From Romboutsia sp. (GTDB lineage Bacteria; Bacillota; Clostridia; Peptostreptococcales; Peptostreptococcaceae), in NCBI RefSeq assembly GCF_051659545.1, contig NZ_JBOFOR010000158.1, positions 1-20,009 of the forward strand: 20,009 nucleotides of DNA. Direction: 5' to 3'. Made by a program: the position numbers and the translations under genes. The notes below the pieces were generated by a model. It searched no databases. It worked only from the letters and a program-made list of their open reading frames with translations, and was not told the DNA's origin. Positions 16,304 through 20,009 of this stretch are shown one piece after another (within the stretch, counting starts at the first letter, position 1; each line of letters starts with the position of its first letter).

Positions 16304-17224
16304 CTATTTTATTAAGCCTTTTTGTTTTAAAAATTCTTTTGCTATTTGATTTTCAGGTTCTTTATTAGTTTCTAATTTGTAGTTTAATTTAGACATTTCA
16401 TCTGAATTAATAATATTATCCATTTTAGCTAATACTTTTTCTAACTCAGGGTGCTTTTTCAATACATCTTCTCTTATTACAGTTCCGCAATAATAAGTTT
16501 GAAAGAATTTTTTATCATCTTGAAGTAAAACAACATCAGATGCAGATAGTTGACCATCAGTAGTAAATACATTCATTACATCAATTTGTTTTGAATTTAT
16601 AGCATCGTATTTAAGGCCAATATCTAAATCAGTTGATTTTTTAAAATTGAAGTTATAAGCTTTACATAAAGAGTCATAGCCATCATCTCTTTCGTAGAAA
16701 TCATATTCTGCACCAAAACAAAGCTCTGATGAATATTTTGATAAATCTGAATATGATTTAATATTATATTTGTCAGCAATATCTTTTCTAATAGCTAGGC
16801 CATAAGCATTATTGAATCCATATAAACCACACCATTTTAAATTATAATTTTCTTCGTATTTTTTACCTAACTCTTTGTATAAAAGATCTTCTTTAGGAAT
16901 ATTTTTTTCTTTAAGAATAAAACTCCAAGCCGTACCTGTATATTCAGGATACATATCAAATTCGCCCTTTAGTAGTGCAGGATGTATATTGCTAGTTCCG
17001 CCACCAACACCTTTAGTAATATCTACTTTTAAGTTAGTGTCTTGTTCAATTAATAATTTTAACATCTCAGCCAATATAAATTGTTCAGACATAGGTTTAG
17101 TTGCAAGTTTTATTGTATCTACATTTTTTTCGTCTTTTTTTGAACATCCCATTGCCGTTATTGAAGTCATAGCAATTATCATAGTTACCGATAAAATTTT
17201 TTTAAAATAGCTTTTACTTTTCAT
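16304..17224 (-). CDS. glycine betaine/choline/carnitine-type (OpuCC/OpuBC family) substrate-binding lipoprotein, 306 aa
   Basis: AGGAGG SD. Signal peptide with lipobox 'TAMGC'. 'GVGGGTSNIHPALLKGEFDMYPEYTGT' is the OpuAC-fold aromatic-box region typical of this family. Confidence 0.8.
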   Translation of the reverse strand: MKSKSYFKKILSVTMIIAMTSITAMGCSKKDEKNVDTIKLATKPMSEQFILAEMLKLLIEQDTNLKVDITKGVGGGTSNIHPALLKGEFDMYPEYTGTAWSFILKEKNIPKEDLLYKELGKKYEENYNLKWCGLYGFNNAYGLAIRKDIADKYNIKSYSDLSKYSSELCFGAEYDFYERDDGYDSLCKAYNFNFKKSTDLDIGLKYDAINSKQIDVMNVFTTDGQLSASDVVLLQDDKKFFQTYYCGTVIREDVLKKHPELEKVLAKMDNIINSDEMSKLNYKLETNKEPENQIAKEFLKQKGLIK

Positions 17225-17242
17225 TAAGCCACCTCCTAATAT

Positions 17243-17884
17243 TTATACCAATCTCCATTTCTTTTTTATAAATTTCTCAATACTTCCAATAATTAAATCC
17301 ACTACAGAAGCTAAAAGTGCAATTAGTAAACTTCCAGCTATAGTCATAGCAGAGTTGTTAGTTGTTATGCCTCTATAGATTGCAACACCAAGCCCTCCAG
17401 CTCCAATAAAAGAAGCAATACCTGCAAGTGCTATAGTCATAACTACCATATTTCTAAGGCCTGACAATATTACAGTTGTTGCTAAAGGAATTTTTACTTT
17501 TAATAGAATCTGAATTTCAGTACTACCCATACCTTTTGCAGCTTCAATAATAAAAGGGTCTATTGTTTCTATACCAGTATATGTACTTCTAACCATTGGT
17601 AATAATCCGTAGATAGTTAAGGCTATTATTGCACTAGTGTTTCCAATACCTGATATAGGTATTAAAAAACCAAGTAGTGCTATAGATGGTATGGTATAGA
17701 TAAAATTTATAATAGACATAACTATTGGAGTTGTTTTTTTATAATAACTAATAATTAACCCTAAAAGTATTCCAAAAACAGAGGCTATAAATATTGAAAT
17801 TCCAGAAATTATTAAATGTTGAATTGTTACTTCCATAAAAAAATCACTTCGCTGTAAGTATAAGTTAATTACTTCATTAAACAT
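17243..17884 (-). CDS. ABC transporter permease (OpuCB/OpuBB-like), 213 aa
   Basis: About five predicted TM helices. An EAA-like loop 'IIEAAKGMGSTEIQILLKVKIPLA' marks a BPD-type permease. It is first in a permease-SBP-ATPase operon. No good SD precedes ATG 17884. Confidence 0.8.
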   Translation of the reverse strand: MFNEVINLYLQRSDFFMEVTIQHLIISGISIFIASVFGILLGLIISYYKKTTPIVMSIINFIYTIPSIALLGFLIPISGIGNTSAIIALTIYGLLPMVRSTYTGIETIDPFIIEAAKGMGSTEIQILLKVKIPLATTVILSGLRNMVVMTIALAGIASFIGAGGLGVAIYRGITTNNSAMTIAGSLLIALLASVVDLIIGSIEKFIKKKWRLV

Positions 17885-17904
17885 AATTACCGTTCTACTA
17901 AAGC

Positions 17905-17936
17905 TATCTAAATATACTCATGAGTATCTAAATATA
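17905..17936. repeat. two 12-bp direct repeats flanking a 10-bp palindrome
   Basis: TATCTAAATATA at 17905-17916 and 17925-17936, sharing end bases with the palindrome ACTCATGAGT at 17916-17925. It lies 21-52 nt upstream of the permease ATG and about 170-200 nt downstream of the tnpB stop. Confidence 0.8.
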
Positions 17937-17939
17937 TTC

Positions 17940-18200
17940 ACCAATAACATTTAGCCCTAAGAACACCACATTCTTAGATTTAATTCACCTTATATAATAT
18001 TTCTATTATATAAGCCTGCTGGGTTCTAATTAATATTAACTAGTCCATATCAGTTCATCCTATTTAAGATGGCGTGAACTACGCAATGATTATTTTTTTA
18101 TATTCTATATCCCCTCCAAAATATATCTATCAAACCTAAAGTAGCCTTTCTTTATTATTTTATTTAATATTTTTTTAGTTGGTTCTAGATTATCTTTTCT
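17940..18200 (-). ncRNA. probable TnpB-associated omegaRNA (reRNA) scaffold / IS607 right-end region; boundaries approximate
   Basis: In IS200/IS605/IS607 elements the omegaRNA overlaps the tnpB 3' end and runs to the right end (established). Minus-strand hairpins seen: CTTATATAATA-gaaa-TATTATATAAG (17989-18014), CTAAGAA-tgtggtg-TTCTTAG (17957-17977) and AGTTCA..TGAACT (about 18049-18077). Confidence 0.35.
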
Positions 18201-19364
18201 AGCTATATTTATTGCACTATTCACATCTCTAAGTATTGTTGTATTACAAGATACACAAGTAAACGCCCTTATACTTGGGTCTTTCTTTTCTTTATTCCCA
18301 CATATACAACAAGTTTTTGTAGTGTCTTTTTCATTTACAACAACATATGCCTTATTTGACTTTTCCATAGTCCAACTAAGTATTTTTCTAAACATACCTA
18401 TTAAAGATTGATTTAGCATTCCCCTATGCATATTCTTGTCACTTGCTACTTCAAGTGTAGGTGTATAATCACCTATTATTGCTTTATCATAATTTCTAGC
18501 TATATAATTCGCTATACTATACATAATTAACTTAATCTGTTCTCGTCTTTTATGGTATAGCTTATCTAATGTATTATTTAATTTTAGATACCTTTTACTC
18601 TGTAAATAATATTTACTACCATGTTCTGTATATTTCAGCTTATTTTTTCTATTACACAAATCTCTTTTAGATTTAACTTCATCTATTAGCTTATCAAAAT
18701 ATTTGACTTGATATAATTTTTCAAATTCAAAAGTAGTTCCTGTATTATCAATAGCTACGAATAGATTTTTATGATTTGGATCTATTGATATCCATGTTTT
18801 AACTTCCTTATTTGACAGACTTTCTTTTTCTATTGTAAATATGGCATAAAAATCCCCCCCCTGTTGCTTACAAAGTCTAAAGTTTTTTATTTTCTCATTT
18901 TCTCTTAAATCAAACTTTTCTTTTAAATACCCTTTTACATGAACTTGTTTATTAAGTTCATTTTTTCCTAAAGATATTCTTAAATTTCTACTGTCAAGTA
19001 GCTTAAATCATTTATTGGGTTCATCATAAAATAATGAAAACCACTTTTTCTTAAATGACCTGAAATTTGGATAAGAACAATTTTTATTAAAGAATTTTTC
19101 ATAAGAATCCTTAACTCTAATTGCAGTATTTTTAAGTGGTGATGAGTGTACAGAATATAAAAATATATTTTCTGATTTCATTTTAGTAGCATAATTTCTT
19201 AAATTTCGTCCACTCAAAAGCTTTTTCTCACTACCATTTTTATAATCATCTATCGTAACTTGAAGTAGTTGATTGTATAGCCAATTACATATTTTAGATT
19301 GACCATCAAGTATTTGTGAGTCTTTGTTATCAAATACTACTTCTATTTTCTTAGCATATATCAT
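18105..19364 (-). pseudogene. tnpB: IS607-family TnpB (OrfB) RNA-guided nuclease gene, 420 codons interrupted by one in-frame TGA
   Basis: Track ORFs 19008..19364 and 18105..18659 are in the same frame (19364-18659=705). My translation of 18660-19007 is open and TnpB-like ('...GDFYAIFTIEKE...KTWISIDPNHKNLFVAID...'). The only stop is TGA at 19008-19010. C-terminus has the zinc finger CCICG...CVSC and 'RDVNSAINI'. Confidence 0.85.
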
Positions 19365-19367
19365 AAC

Positions 19368-20009
19368 CTAAGCCTGTACCTTATCATCTATATAGTCACA
19401 CTCACTATTTCTAAACATTGCTAAATTTGTATCTTTTATTTTTTTTGACTTGTGGCTTCTACTACCATATAGTTTTGATGAGAATACCGTAATCACAGAC
19501 AGTACATCTTCTACTAATTCTTCTTCATATATTTTATCCTCTGTATGATTTATGACTTCTATTTTAACATTGTATATAGAGCATAATTCTTCTATCATTT
19601 CATATCCAAATCTTATTAACCTATCCTTATAATTAATCACTATTCTATCAATTTCCTCACTACATATTAAAGCTATTAATTCTTTTAACCCTTTTTTATT
19701 GTAATTTAGTCCACTACCTAAGTCTGATATAACTTTAAATTGATATCCTTTGGCAATACAATAATTACTTACATTCTCTATTTGTCTTTCTAAATCTTGT
19801 TTTTGGTTAGATGATGAAACTCTACAATATGCTATAGTTATTTTAAAACTATCATCTTCTTTACACTTGAATCTAATTAAATCATTTTTATCATATCTTC
19901 TATGTTTTCCAGTGGTTCTGTATGAAGTTATTTTTCCTTCATTTTCCCATCTCCTCATTGTGGGTACGGATACCCCTAAGAATTCACTTGCTTCTCTTAT
20001 ATTTAACAT
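19368..20009 (-). CDS. tnpA: IS607-family serine recombinase transposase TnpA, 213 aa
   Basis: N-terminal MerR-like HTH 'LNIREASEFLGVSVPTMRRWENEGKI'. Resolvase-type catalytic domain 'IAYCRVSSSNQKQDLERQ'. The start ATG occupies the last 3 bases of the window. TAG stop lies 3 nt before the tnpB ATG. Confidence 0.9.
   Translation of the reverse strand: MLNIREASEFLGVSVPTMRRWENEGKITSYRTTGKHRRYDKNDLIRFKCKEDDSFKITIAYCRVSSSNQKQDLERQIENVSNYCIAKGYQFKVISDLGSGLNYNKKGLKELIALICSEEIDRIVINYKDRLIRFGYEMIEELCSIYNVKIEVINHTEDKIYEEELVEDVLSVITVFSSKLYGSRSHKSKKIKDTNLAMFRNSECDYIDDKVQA

Larger units (their letters stand above)
17900..20009 (-). mobile_element. IS607-family insertion sequence (tnpA-tnpB), partial; the left end lies beyond the window and the right-end coordinate is uncertain
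   Basis: Serine-recombinase tnpA immediately followed by tnpB on the same strand is the defining IS607 organisation. A structured non-coding tail follows tnpB. Confidence 0.7.

Noticed and set aside
6438-17210. Other shadow ORFs in the track: 6438..6653(-), 7601..7828(-), 7743..8204(-), 8622..8843(-), 9494..9733(-), 11602..11814(-), 12926..13174(-), 14233..14439(-), 15744..15986(+), 16875..17210(+)
   Set aside because: Each lies opposite a gene with strong family motifs (ThrE, TrxR-like, MCP, MsrAB, VOC, ABC ATPase, SBP) or opposite the well-signalled small membrane-protein ORF 6385..6669. Several use GTG/TTG starts without an SD, and none has a recognisable motif.
17885-18104. Riboswitch or T-box leader upstream of the ABC importer
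   Set aside because: I could not match any riboswitch core (SAM, glycine, c-di-AMP ydaO-type, T-box specifier/T-box sequence). The structures are better explained as the IS607 omegaRNA/right end.
18985-19010. Selenocysteine insertion at the tnpB TGA: a small hairpin CTACT-tgac-AGTAG starts 6 nt downstream
   Set aside because: The stem is only 5 bp and does not resemble a bacterial SECIS in size or spacing. No selenoprotein role is known for TnpB. A nonsense mutation is far more parsimonious.
1-20009. CRISPR arrays, tRNA/rRNA genes, prophage or defence-island signatures
   Set aside because: There are no regularly spaced direct repeats and no cloverleaf-like or rRNA-like GC-rich segments. No recognisable defence-system domains appear in any ORF. 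The only mobile DNA is the IS607 element at the right edge.

Overview
Very AT-rich, Clostridia-like chromosomal segment (inferred from composition, codon usage and AGGAGG-type ribosome-binding sites). It is mostly transport, redox and stress housekeeping genes separated by clear hairpin terminators. Left to right: an acidic hypothetical protein; a divergent MFS permease; a Crp/Fnr regulator followed by a small YjjI-family glycyl-radical enzyme and its YjjW-family radical-SAM activase; an ArAE-type exporter; small membrane proteins; a probable C-terminal remnant of an APC permease; a two-gene ThrE (YjjP/YjjB-like) exporter; a thioredoxin-reductase-like flavoprotein; a dCache/HAMP methyl-accepting chemotaxis protein; MsrAB; a VOC/glyoxalase-fold protein; a PduO-type corrinoid adenosyltransferase; a three-gene OpuC/OpuB-type ABC importer; and, at the right edge, an IS607-family element. 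That element carries a serine-recombinase tnpA and a tnpB that is intact except for one in-frame TGA. No rRNA, tRNA or CRISPR array was seen. The best candidate for an undescribed system is the self-contained MFS / Crp-Fnr / YjjI / YjjW module at 649-5061, a glycyl-radical enzyme with no substrate known to me, with a 50-bp composite palindrome in its control region. The second candidate is the IS607 TnpB locus: an opal-interrupted ORF, an apparently non-canonical RuvC-II position, and an omegaRNA/right-end region abutting the ABC operon start. Three short ORFs absent from the supplied track are proposed (46 aa and 54 aa with SD-like sequences, 40 aa without). All family calls come from motifs recognised by eye and need HMM or BLAST confirmation.
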